Assembly (NCBI RefSeq): GCF_006345805.1
Contig: NC_042997.1
Span: 180,296,001 to 180,360,000 of the forward strand
DNA length: 64,000 nucleotides
Source: Octopus sinensis
Taxonomy: Eukaryota
Reading direction: 5' to 3'
The notes beneath the pieces were generated by a model. The model saw only the letters and a program-made list of their open reading frames with translations, searched no databases and had not been told where the DNA came from. Shown here in pieces: positions 12,913-24,632 of this stretch (position 1 is its first letter; each line of letters begins with the position of its first letter). The position numbers and the translations under genes are program-made.

Positions 12913-13329
12913 ATATATATACATATATATATATATAATATATATATATATATTATATATATATATATATGCATATACATGCACCAAAATTTGCCGTGAA
13001 ATAGTTCACTTGTTTGTTAAGAATTGCGCTTTATCAAACTGTTACATTATATGTTCTGCATATTCTACATTTGAAATTTCTAAATGTACAATTGGAATGT
13101 TTCATTTGGAAGTTTGATATCACCGTAACAAAGTTACTGACAATATTTGCTTTGTAATTAACTGACACTACTCAATTTCCCTTTCTGTGGAAGGAATATT
13201 TGCCATCTGTGATACATATTAATTACATATACACACACATACACACATGCACACATACATGCATATATACATACATACATACATTACATACATACATTAC
13301 ATACATAAATTACACAAACACACACACAC

Positions 13330-13385
<56 letters not shown>

Positions 13386-13387
<2 letters not shown>

Positions 13388-13539
13388 GGAAAGTTTACGA
13401 AAAAACAAAAGACGAAGACAGGTGGTGTACAAAACAAACAGATGTATTAGTATAACGCTCAGGAATAGAAAAAGTCTTTTACGTTTCGAGCCTACGCTCT
13501 TCTACAGAAAGGTACACAGAAAGAAATAGGAGAGAAAAA

Positions 13540-13545
<6 letters not shown>
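13386..13545 (-). mobile_element. Penelope-like terminal fragment, same family as 10999-11157, HHR-like motif 13476-13511
   Basis: Reverse complement aligns with 10999-11157 at high identity. Confidence 0.7.
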
Positions 13546-13625
<80 letters not shown>

Positions 13626-14954
13626 TATATCAGTGACGTAAGTTTACTGCGTATTTCCGACATCAGTGTCTGCAAGAGCACTGTGAATTTATATATCGCA
13701 ATCGTTAATTTTTCTCTTATAATGCGATGAAGAGACTCCTGTCACTGAGGAAGTACAGAATGCAGAAATCACGTGATCTGTTAGTTCTGGCACCCATTTC
13801 GTAAGATATATTTGTGTACAATCTGTATTCATTGAATTGTATACAAGCGAATGTATACAAGAGAATGAGACAAGATAATTGCAAAGTGACAAAGTTCACA
13901 CATTAAGACTTTTCATACATTGAGTCGAATGAATATTGGTGACTACTTAAAACAACTAGATATTTAAACCAAATCGGTCACACATTGATGCGTGGGACTA
14001 CGAAATAAAAATATGATATGTAAACTTGCGCTCGGGGCACTAATTTAATCAGAAAAATACAGGAGAATGAAAATCAATTATGGACTATTGGAAAATGATT
14101 TGCAAATGTAGTACCCATGAAACATTTACAGGTTCTTCTTGATAGAAAATTCATACCAGTATGTGGTAGCAAAATATGATTAGCATGAGTTCTTGGGAAG
14201 AGATGCACCGCATTAATTAGTACATATCTGGGACTGCAAAATTTGCAAACCCTTTTTTAAATACTTAAAATACCATAAAGAAATCAAGATACTTTCCTTC
14301 AAAACATTTCTGCTAATAGAGATAGTCGATCAAAATTCTATCTTATGTAGAAAATCGAGTTGCGTACGACTCGCGTTATGTTATTCTATTAATATACTTC
14401 GAATTCTTCTCCGCCTTGAAAATATCACGCAATGAAAATTTAATGCTACATACACATTTACAATAATGTAGAAAATACTGACCATTGAAACACACTGCGA
14501 AGAGTAATAAGACCTTTGATATCTAAGGGATACAGGCATTAGAAACCCTTGGAACATGAAATTTAAGTAGCCTATTGAGTCAGTCATAGAGTTTATAGTG
14601 TATGTTTTCTTTCATATTGAAAAAAATTGTTTCTTTTATATTTTACACAGCACACACATTTAACTCATGATCTTTACATTCATGATTGGTATTAATTGCA
14701 ATCAATAACGACATTTTCCGGATAAAGGCAAGGCATTTTCAACCAGCGTATCATAATAGTTTATTGAAAACCATTGTCAGATTCTCTGTATCAAGTATTC
14801 TCATCATGCTGATATTTTCATATCACCCGTCACCCTCAGTTTCGCAATCATTATTTATTTATGATTTTCATTTCGCTTTGTCATATTCACAGACTTTTCA
14901 TCATTCTAATTACTCACCCTTTCAAGGTATATTCTCTGTACTTGTTCATGCTGT

Positions 14955-15447
14955 ATACACACACACACACCACACACATATTATATATATATATATATAA
15001 TATATATATATATACTATATATATATATATACATATATGTATATATATATACATACATGTATATATATATACATACATGTATATATATATATATACACAT
15101 ATAATATACATATATACATATATACATATATATACATATATATACATATATACATATGTATACATATATATATACATACATACATATATATACATACATT
15201 TATATATATATACATATATACATACATGTATATATATATACATATATATATATACATACATGTATATATATATATACATATATATATATACATACATGCA
15301 TATATATATATATATACATATACATACATGTATATATATATATAAATACATGTATATATATATATATATACATACATGTATATATATATATATATACATG
15401 TATGTACATATATACATACATATATATACATACATGTATATGCATAT

Positions 15448-15527
<80 letters not shown>

Positions 15528-15540
15528 TATTATATAAATA
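14955..15540. repeat. TA/TACA compound microsatellite with recurring tacatacatg subunits
   Basis: Direct reading. Confidence 0.97.
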
Positions 15541-15545
15541 TATAT

Positions 15546-15900
15546 GTTTGATATTTTATCCTTATATGCCCATAAATGTTGTCAGCAGACGCATACACAC
15601 CATACACACACGCACTCACACCCATATCTTTTATCTATAACTTCTTTCACCCGTTGCAAGTATATGCCAGTATATCTGTCTATATCTGTATCTGTGTATG
15701 TGTATGTATGTATGTATGTATGTATGTATGTATGTATGTATGTATGTATGTATGTATGTATGTATTTATGTATGTATGTGTGTATGTATGTATGTACGTA
15801 TGTATATATGTATGTATGTATGAAGTTATATATGTATATATACGTATATCGATAGCTAGAGAGATAGATAGATACATACATATCCACATACATACATACA

Positions 15901-15933
<33 letters not shown>

Positions 15934-16008
15934 GTGTGCATGAGTGTGTCTGGGGGTGTATACGTCTGCTGACAAATTTTATGGGCATATACGGATAAAA
16001 TATCCAAC
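15546..16008. mobile_element. MITE-like element: ~55-bp imperfect terminal inverted repeats enclosing TATG and TACA microsatellites
   Basis: gatattttatccttatatgcccataaatgttgtcagcagacgcatacac versus the reverse complement of 15957-16005; no TSD found. Confidence 0.6.
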
Positions 16009-16597
16009 CTTTCTGCTGTTATCAGGTCTTGTCTATATGATACGATACACACTAAACGCTTCCAGAAAAAAATGAAAGGTCAGCTATGCGTTGTATATAT
16101 GAACATATATGCAAATCTATTGATTATAGTACTGCATACATATATATACAGACAGACAGACAGACAGACAGACAGACTGAGAAGCAGGCAGAACTTTTTT
16201 ATCAGCTTATCGACCTACGATACAAAAAGAAACAACAACCTTCCGTTTCAATAAACCGCTATTGTCCCTGAAAGTCGTTTTTGTAATATTTACTAAGGAA
16301 TGTTTGAAGCTAACTTTCTTCCTACATCTCAATCCCTGGACCTTACATGTCGTTTCCAAATTTCAGGCAGAATGAATTACGTCATATTGCTGTTCTTCTG
16401 AGAGACGGTGCCCAACTGACCCTGCTATATTCTGTAGTCGGTAAAATATTGGGAAACTAATTTCAAAAACCAAAACATGTATGTATGTAATTATGTATGT
16501 ATACATACATACAATCCAGCAAACACGTCACACGTACACACGTACTACAACTATTTCGCTGTCAATCATTGGAACATATATATATATATATAATATT

Positions 16598-16973
16598 AAT
16601 TAGAGACAAAACCACTATTATGCAAATCAAACAAAGAAAGACTTAATCCAATACATAAAAAATTTTATATAAATTAAATATAATTAAGATATCCACTACG
16701 ATCGTTTCTTGTCACTTCATAGTTCAAAAATGCATAGAAGGTCTAGAAACCACCTGATGAATGTCCATAGAAGTGACAAGAAACGATCGTAGTGGATATC
16801 TTAATTATATTTAATTTATATAAATTTTTTTATGTATTGGATTAAGTCTTTCTTTGTTTGATTTGCATAATAGTGGTTTTGTCTCTAATTGATATTATAT
16901 TATATTTTACTATAAAATTGGATTCAATCCTAAATCTGAATTTTCCCTGTAAATTGGATTTATACCCTAATTT

Positions 16974-16985
<12 letters not shown>
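16598..16985 (+). mobile_element. Penelope-like terminus with 121-bp inverted repeat (16598-16718 / 16770-16890)
   Basis: Arms are near-perfect reverse complements; HHR spans spacer and right arm; TA microsatellite on both sides. Confidence 0.8.
16750..16795 (+). ncRNA. Minimal type I hammerhead ribozyme motif
   Basis: ccac-CUGAUGA-a-tgtc-catagaagt-gaca-a-GAAAC-gatc-GUA-gtgg; palindromic stem III loop. Confidence 0.8.
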
Positions 16986-17035
<50 letters not shown>

Positions 17036-17039
<4 letters not shown>

Positions 17040-17300
17040 TTAGGGCTGTGGACTCGTGGTTTCGATTCCCAGACCGGGTGTTGTGAGTGTTTATTGAGCG
17101 AAAACGAGGCTCCGGCAGGGGGTGTTGGCGATCCCTGCTGTAATTTTTCCCCACAACTTTCTCTCACTCTTTCTTCTGTTGGCCTGCTCGCTTAGCCAGC
17201 GAGGTGCCGTCATTTGAAGGCTAAAACAATGCGAAGCGCATTGTGACCAGCGATGTGTAGCAACATCTGATAGCCTGGTCGGTCACGGTGATCACGGTGA
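17036..17300 (+). mobile_element. tRNA-derived SINE, family C (5'-truncated)
   Basis: ggtttcgattcccagaccgg B-box-like segment; body shared with 56060-56434. Confidence 0.85.
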
Positions 17301-17749
17301 TATATATACATATATATAGTATACATGCGTGCACGCTTAGATGTAGGTCTCTCAGTTGTATATTTATGTATTTTTATGTGTATATATTCACAGTTTTTAC
17401 TCATACATTTTATTGCGTTTTTTTGTACTCGTGCATTGTTTTGCTATGTATTTTTCTATCCAATTCTATACTCTTTCCATTTCTAGTCTTCTGTATCCCT
17501 CAACTATCAACCGCATCGATCACACCTGAGCCTTATTGAATACTTCAAATCACTACCTCTGTTCTTTTTTATGTTTATATCGTTAAGTCGCCTCCTTTCG
17601 CCTTCTCCCCTTTAATTTCACTTCTGTATCTTTTTCTTCCTGTACGCTCTCTGAATTTTCTTAACTTATTTCTTTCCTTCGTCCTTTCTCTCTGTTGTTC
17701 TTTACTTTGCTTTTCTGTCTATTATCATTATTACTATTATTTCTTCTCT

Positions 17750-17800
17750 TCTTTTTCTTTTACTTGTTTCAATGATTTCACCGCGGCCCTGCTGGAGCAC
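17750..17800 (-). mobile_element. SINE family A 3' end fragment
   Basis: Minus strand: ggtggtgctccagcagggccgcggtgaaatcattgaaacaagtaaaag. Confidence 0.8.
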
Positions 17801-17805
17801 CACCT

Positions 17806-19270
17806 TTATTCTATGAGTCTCCTTTGGTGAACCCCTACGTTACGGGGGCGTGAACACACCAAAATCGGTCTCAAATGATGGTGGGGGTACAAATTCAGAC
17901 ACACAATAGTGTCCTCTATCCAGCCTGATTTTAAATTTGGGGCAACCCGCAAACCCAGTTTCCTCCCACAATACGTGAGAAGAAACAAAATTTTATTGCC
18001 TTCTAGGGTCTGGCTCGCAAAAGTGCGAGCCTCCTCCTGCATGTCTAATAGCAACCAAATCGTTGCATATCCGACACCCCGTGCAATAAATTTCACATTT
18101 GGTAGATAGTCCTTCAACTCTTCTATTACTTCTTTGGAGAACACGGCGATGGCGTCGAGAGCCTTCGAATATGTCCTCAACACCACAATATTCTCCTCTT
18201 GCTGTTTAATCCATTCTTTGGGTGGTATACTCTCAAACGTTCTCTGAATATTTCAACAAAAATTATGAAAAGTAAAGAATTAGAAATAAAATCCCCACCA
18301 AAACAAAAACAGAAAGAAGACAAGAGAAAATAACATAAAGACAGAAAAGATAAGAAGAAATGAAAAAATAATAGTTCAGCACGACAACAGTTCTTTGCAC
18401 TGTGATAGTTCAAATCACTGCAACAGCTTCTTGAAAAAGTTAAATCCGACCAACCGGTACTCCTCGCCCTTGTAGTTTTAAAAGAAACGGTACTCCAGTT
18501 GAGTCGAGGATACTGTAGCAGGAACAAAAATAATTTAACATTAAATGGTAAATCCACAAGGAAGAAAATTTTGTGTTTCCCCTGTAGCAAAAAGGATTCC
18601 ACAGTTTATAGCAGCAGAGGATCCGCCCACCAAAATAATTCACCTAAAAATGATCAATGACATTCAAAAATGAACAATGACATTCTTTTTCGCCATGCTA
18701 TTTTTTAATGATCTCTAAATAGTTCAACAGAAATTTCAACAAAAATATGAAAAGTAAAGAATTAACCCCCCCCCCAAAAAAAAAAGTTATTAAAAAGACA
18801 AAAGAAAAAACATAAAGACAGAAAAGATAAGAAGAAATGAAAAAAACAGTTCAGCACGACGACAGTTCTTTGAACTGTGATAGTTCAAATCACTGCAACA
18901 GCGTCTTCAAAAATTAAATTCCGGCCACTGGTATTCGTGGCCTTTGTAGTTTCCAAAAAAGCAACACCGGTTGAGTCGGGAACACAGTAGTAGGAACAAA
19001 AAATATTTTACCATTAAATGGTAATTACACAACGATGAAAATTTTTTCACAGCAGCAAAAAAATTCTACAGGCAGACCAGAGTTCAGAATCCAGTGAGGA
19101 TTTCTTGTTTGTATAAAATACAATACAGCAAACAAAAAAATAACCCACTGGATCCAAAAAACAAAAGTCTTACCTTACAGCTGAGCTTCTTTTACAGTCA
19201 ATATTTCGCCAGCTGTACACCAGCGTGGCGATTTTTGCTGTGTAATAACAGCACTAACGCCACCGGAAGC
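17806..19270 (-). mobile_element. Probable L1/Tx1-like LINE 5' region: tandem ~480-bp UTR units plus degenerate ORF1 N-terminus
   Basis: ORF 17806-18186 (VLRTYS..KFIARG..YATI..LLTYCGRK) resembles LINE ORF1 from recall; 18245-18715 and 18725-19090 are diverged tandem copies. Confidence 0.5.
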
Positions 19271-19818
19271 GGAAGCAAGTTTCTTCCCACACAGCCACCT
19301 CTACGCTGTTAATCATTATTTTAATTCTAACATCAATTTTAAACCTTTCTGTTTGACTTCTATTATATTCCTTTTAGTTACTTGTAACTCCCATTTCTAT
19401 ACAAAATCTATTTTATTCTGTTCTGCTATTTTCTCTTTTTACACAAGGTTTTTTTAATTTAACTATTCTTGATATTTATTTCTCTACTAGTGTCAATGCC
19501 CTCTGGCAGCTGATTTCACACGGCTGTATTTTTTAAAAATTGTTTAACCAATCAGGTTAAAATGTTCATTCGCTGAACTGTGAAGACGTTGTTACGTTAT
19601 ATATACTCACGTAATTTAATTATTCAGCATTATCACAACTCTGTGCTGAACGTACTTGCAACTCTTAAATAAAATAGAATAACATTGTAGCTTTAGCATT
19701 CACGTACTACTTTTCCGCCCTGTTTCGCTCCTATGTGCATACTTATATGTGTGTGTGTATGTGTGTGTGTGTGTGTGTCGGGGGTGTCTGTGTGTGTAAG
19801 CGCGCGAAAGTCTTATAC

Positions 19819-19859
19819 CTAAGATCAAGGTCTAATATCTATTCTTATCAGTTTAATAT
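19819..19859 (+). pseudogene. U2: U2 snRNA 5' fragment (degenerate)
   Basis: ctaagatcaaggtctaatatctattcttatcagtttaatat versus U2 CTAAGATCAAGTGTAGTATCTGTTCTTATCAGTTTAATAT. Confidence 0.7.
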
Positions 19860-20287
19860 ATATATATTTATATAAGTGTTAAAACAACTCAAAAGCCACA
19901 AAAAGTACTGACTTCATGACTGACAAAGGGAAGTAAGTCCACAGGATATATCCTCGGATTGTGATTTCTTGTTTTGAAAACGGTAAAGCATATGTTTTCA
20001 GTGGTTTTACTTATAAGACTGACAGAGGGAATTGAGTTTAAACCTAGGTGTTATGAGACGATGAGGAGGTTATAAGGGTCTACATCAAAATCCGAAATCG
20101 CGATCTGAGTATATATACGCTGGGGATTTACTTCTCTTTGTTAGTCAATAAGACAGTGACTTTGTGACTTTGACTTCTTTGAACACTAATATTTAACAAA
20201 AGCAGTGTTAGTCACTGTCACTTTTTTGGCCTCTATTAATTTTGCCTTTAGATTCTAATTGTTAATAATTCACCCTTTTTTAAATTT

Positions 20288-20288
20288 G

Positions 20289-20348
<60 letters not shown>

Positions 20349-20363
20349 AATATACATCTATCT

Positions 20364-20396
<33 letters not shown>

Positions 20397-20397
20397 C

Positions 20398-20468
<71 letters not shown>

Positions 20469-20600
20469 CAGATACATAGATAGATAGATAGATAGATAGA
20501 TAGAGGTAGATAGATAGATAGATAGACACATAGATAGATAGACACATAGATAGATAAACACATAGATAGAGAGACACATAGATTGATAGACACATAGATA
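20288..20600. repeat. (TATC)n followed by (GATA)n: opposed tetranucleotide tracts
   Basis: Direct reading. Confidence 0.96.
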
Positions 20601-20736
20601 GATATTTATATACACATATATGTGTGTCTGATTATATGTATAAGTGTAGATATATGGATATACGTATGCGTATCGAATTGATTTGGACCCTCAATTCGTC
20701 AATGAATTTTTGGTGTACCGTCACGAGAAACAGTAC

Positions 20737-20959
20737 CTTTTGGCATCTGTACATCTAGCGCAGTCCATCACTCTGTAGCCCTGTACATGGCCGATTCCCC
20801 TCCTAATGTGTGGCAAATACAAAGGAACAAATACGAAAAGCATTAAATTGACCCTTGGACAATGTTGCTTCGAATGTATTGATCCCCACAAATGGATCCG
20901 AATCGATTGCCACAAAGCATTTTGCCGACAGTTTCCAGAAAGGCATTTAAATGGTGTAC
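20737..20959 (-). CDS. Candidate internal exon, product unrecognised
   Basis: GC-richer unique island; tttcag| acceptor and AAG|gtactg donor; one frame open throughout (TPFKCLSGNCRQ..CARCTDAK). Confidence 0.25.
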
Positions 20960-21404
20960 CTGAAATTCATTATATGTCATATATTTTCACACTCTTTTGT
21001 AAGGAGAAAGTCATACAATAATACAACATTAATTCGCTGCGACATTTCTGTTTTCTGCACTTGGATGAGACATGTTGAGATATATTAGTCTCAGCATTAT
21101 TATACCAAATGTAATTCTACCATAAATTTAATTAATTGTTTTTAAGCTATTCATCCGCTCCCTGTAATATATTCGGTCTAGGCCTTCTGTGTAGTAACAT
21201 CATATTCATAATAATATATAATTTGTCGAGAACGTTTGTGTATTAGATGCACTGTGTTTTCGTTTGTGGATCTCAGTGTCAGACATGCCCTCACGCTTAC
21301 ACATTCACACAATGCTGCACATATGCATTTGTGCATGTATTTATGTATATACATATTTATGTGCGTGATTATGTGTTTGTATATACTTAGATGTATAATA
21401 TATT

Positions 21405-21435
<31 letters not shown>

Positions 21436-21629
21436 GTATGTATATATATGCATATGTATGTGTAAGTATATAAATGTATATTATAGATAAATATATATAT
21501 ATATTATATATATTATATATATATATATATAATATATTTATTTATATATATATATATTATATATATATATATATATGCATAGTATGTGTAAGTATATAAA
21601 TAATATATATAATATATAATCTATATATA

Positions 21630-21673
<44 letters not shown>

Positions 21674-22191
21674 ATAAATATATATATATACACACATACT
21701 AATCACTATTTTTATTCCTATCGCTTCTTTATTATTTTTATATGATAGGTTGGCTGACTTATTTGTTATTTGTTTTAGATGCATTTATCAATATTTTAAT
21801 ATGATAATGATAAGCGATAGAATTGAATAGAGCTAAATACAGTATGCTAAACGAAATTGGCAGCAATCACAAAAAAAGCGCAAAGAAAAACCGTCGAGTA
21901 ATAAAAACATCATTTTAATATCCTCGCAGATTATCCGTACAATGACATTGAAAAAACCGAATGCGAAAAACGGTAGCAAGTAATACGAGTAAAACAAAAA
22001 GCAAATAAGAAATCACAAAAAATAAATAAACTAACAGAAACAAAGAAAAAACAAAAGCAAGCACATTCATAATGATTCCTATGAGCAACTCAACAAAACA
22101 ATATGGCGGAAATGTTTATCATTCTCTCTTATATACTTCTGTACATTAGCAAATCTACGTTGTATAAATTGACACGTTCACTACTCTGCAG

Positions 22192-22299
22192 AATGTCGGC
22201 GGAATCGCATTTCAAGTTGGTTGTATGGACTTCCGATGGGCTGTCAGCTTTGGCAGACTTTCAGCTGATATTTAGCAAAACACAAAACGTTATAGCTAA
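22192..22299 (+). CDS. Candidate 108-nt exon (MSAESHFKLVVWTSDGLSALADFQLIFSKTQNVIAK)
   Basis: ctctgcag| acceptor, aa|gtacat donor, open frame, length divisible by 3. Confidence 0.25.
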
Positions 22300-22487
22300 G
22301 TACATAAGTATATGTATATATATATATATATAAACTTAGTTGTCATGTTGTCACTGTGTTTAATGTTGTGTGTATTTAGTGTTAGTAATGCATGGGGAAA
22401 TTTAGGGTGTTCTGCTTTATCCATAAAAATACAATATGATTTATGTATGGATGCAGGATAGTATATACACATACATGTATACATACA

Positions 22488-22866
22488 CTAGCAGTATCGC
22501 CCGGCGTTGCTCAGGTTTGTAAGGGAAATAACTATAAAGCATTTTTAGAGAGTTATAGCCAAAAAACAGCAAAAAATGGAAAAAAATGATGGTAAATTTT
22601 TTTTCAGTTAAAAAAGGTGGAGTTGCGTCCCCTAGACAGTTTTCGGTTTGTGTTTCTGATTCTGACCCCATGTCGAATTTATCGATTTTTTTCAGAACTG
22701 GGGGAACTTTTCAAAATTTTCGCTGCGTTAGTTTTGAATTATGACATTGGGCTATGTGTGTGTCAAGTTTCATCAGAATCGGTTGAAAGCCGTGGTCAGG
22801 GTGAGGGTACAAGCAAACAGACACACAGAAACACGCACAGACAAACTGCCGTTATATAAAGAGAGA
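22488..22866 (-). mobile_element. Non-autonomous Helitron, mosaic of family A 3' end and family B 5' part
   Basis: CTAG end, hairpin and ~70 bp match 29481; the distal ~270 bp match 44185-44458. Confidence 0.85.
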
Positions 22867-23635
22867 TATATATATAGTGTATATATGTAAATAAGTGTAT
22901 ATATATATATATATATATATAATCTATATATATATATATTATATATATATATATATAAGAAAGCATGTTTATATGTATACATATATATACATGTATGCAT
23001 ATATAAGTGTATGTGTGTGTTTGTGTGTGTGCATGCGTGCGTGTGTAATATAAAATGTGGATTCAGAGAATCATACGGCCAAGACAGTAAGCTCTGCGTA
23101 CGAAGAGGGTTATTACTCCACATAGAAATCGATTTCAGTGAATTGCAAAGTATCCATGTTATGAAAATTCTACAAGGCCTATGTAAAAACATTTAAGAGA
23201 CACGAAAGGTTAATATTAACTTTCATAGATTTACGTCCGTTTGGCAACCTACTTCACGTAATAATGATTTAAGAAATTATAGGTATATGTGTGGATTAAT
23301 ATACATAGTTGTCATTTTACAATATGATTGTGTAGTCACAAATTAATTCAATTAAAGATAGCTGGCTCATCAGCTCACCAGAATATCATGGTTGCATGAA
23401 CAGATGATATAGGCACATATGATATTTCACATTATAATAATAAACGATTGGAGATATTTAGTCAATGACACACTTTGGTGCTCAACAACCTCGACAGTAG
23501 TTGTTGCTAGATCATTATAACTATGTGAATTCAACACAGGGGAAGAATGGATCTCCAATGCAACATATTCATTTCTGCTCTAGGCACAAAGCCCCAAACT
23601 TCTGGGGGGGGGGCAGTCGATTAGATGGACTCCAG

Positions 23636-23858
23636 AACGCAACTGGTACTTAATTTATCAACCCCGAAATGATGAAAGGCAAAGTCAAACTCGGCGGAAT
23701 TTGAACTCAGAACGTAAAAACAGACAAAATACCGCTAAGAATTTCGCCCGGCGTGCTAACGTTTCTTATTTCTTTACAGTCCACAAGGGGCTACACACAG
23801 AGGGGACAAACAAGAACAGACAAACGGATTAAGTCGATTATATCAACCCCAGTGCGTA
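23636..23858 (-). mobile_element. Two adjacent SINE family B pieces (a 5' half, then the 3' half of another copy)
   Basis: Reverse complement matches the family B head (23636-23767) and tail (23768-23858). Confidence 0.85.
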
Positions 23859-23882
23859 TGTATATATATATATATACATATG

Positions 23883-23940
<58 letters not shown>

Positions 23941-24545
23941 CCTACATACATACACATACATCCATATAGGTAGATGTAATAATGCTTGTTAGATAGTTGA
24001 TCAATGTTGAAGGAAGCAACTACATATTCTGTGAGGTATGATGTGTCTATGTATCTCTTATTCTCTTAATATGTTGCATCGGATAAGCGGCGAGCTGGAA
24101 GAAACGTTAGCACGCCGGGCGAAATGCTTAGCGGTATTTCGTCTGCCTTACGTTGTGAGTTCAAATTCCGCTGAAGTCGACTTTGCCTTTCATCCTTTCG
24201 GGGTCGACCCGAAAGGATGAAAGGCAAAGTCGACCTCAGCGGAATTTGAACTCACAACGTAAGGCAGGGAAATACCGCTAAGCATTTCGCCCGGCGTGCT
24301 AACGTTTCTTCCAGCTCGCCGCTTATCCGATGCAACATATTAAGAGAATAAGAGATACATAGACACATCATACCTCACAAATATGTAGTTGCTTCCTTTC
24401 AACATTGATCAACTATCTAACAAGCATATTTACATCTACCTATATGGATGTATGTGTATGTATGTATGTATATATATATATATCTATATATATATATATA
24501 GATATATATATATATATACATATGTATATAATAATATATACATAC
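23859..24545. repeat. Near-perfect spacer-less palindrome centred at 24205/24206, containing two opposed SINE B 5' halves and unique flank
   Basis: 23940-24205 is the reverse complement of 24206-24470 with a handful of mismatches and indels. Confidence 0.93.
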
Positions 24546-24590
24546 ATGCATATGTATATATGTATATACATATATATATTGTGTATGTGT

Positions 24591-24632
<42 letters not shown>

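Noticed and set aside
14381-14587. Hydrophobic ORF vaguely like adhesion-GPCR TM7
   Set aside because: Motif spacing is wrong, and AT-rich DNA readily yields such peptides.
19270-19859. U2 fragment as the target site of the neighbouring Tx1-like element (Keno-type)
   Set aside because: Opposite orientation and ~550 bp of unrelated sequence in between.
20806-21021. SRCR-like (W..D..CRQ) or RT-like (KAF) reading on the plus strand
   Set aside because: Spacing is off and other conserved residues are absent.
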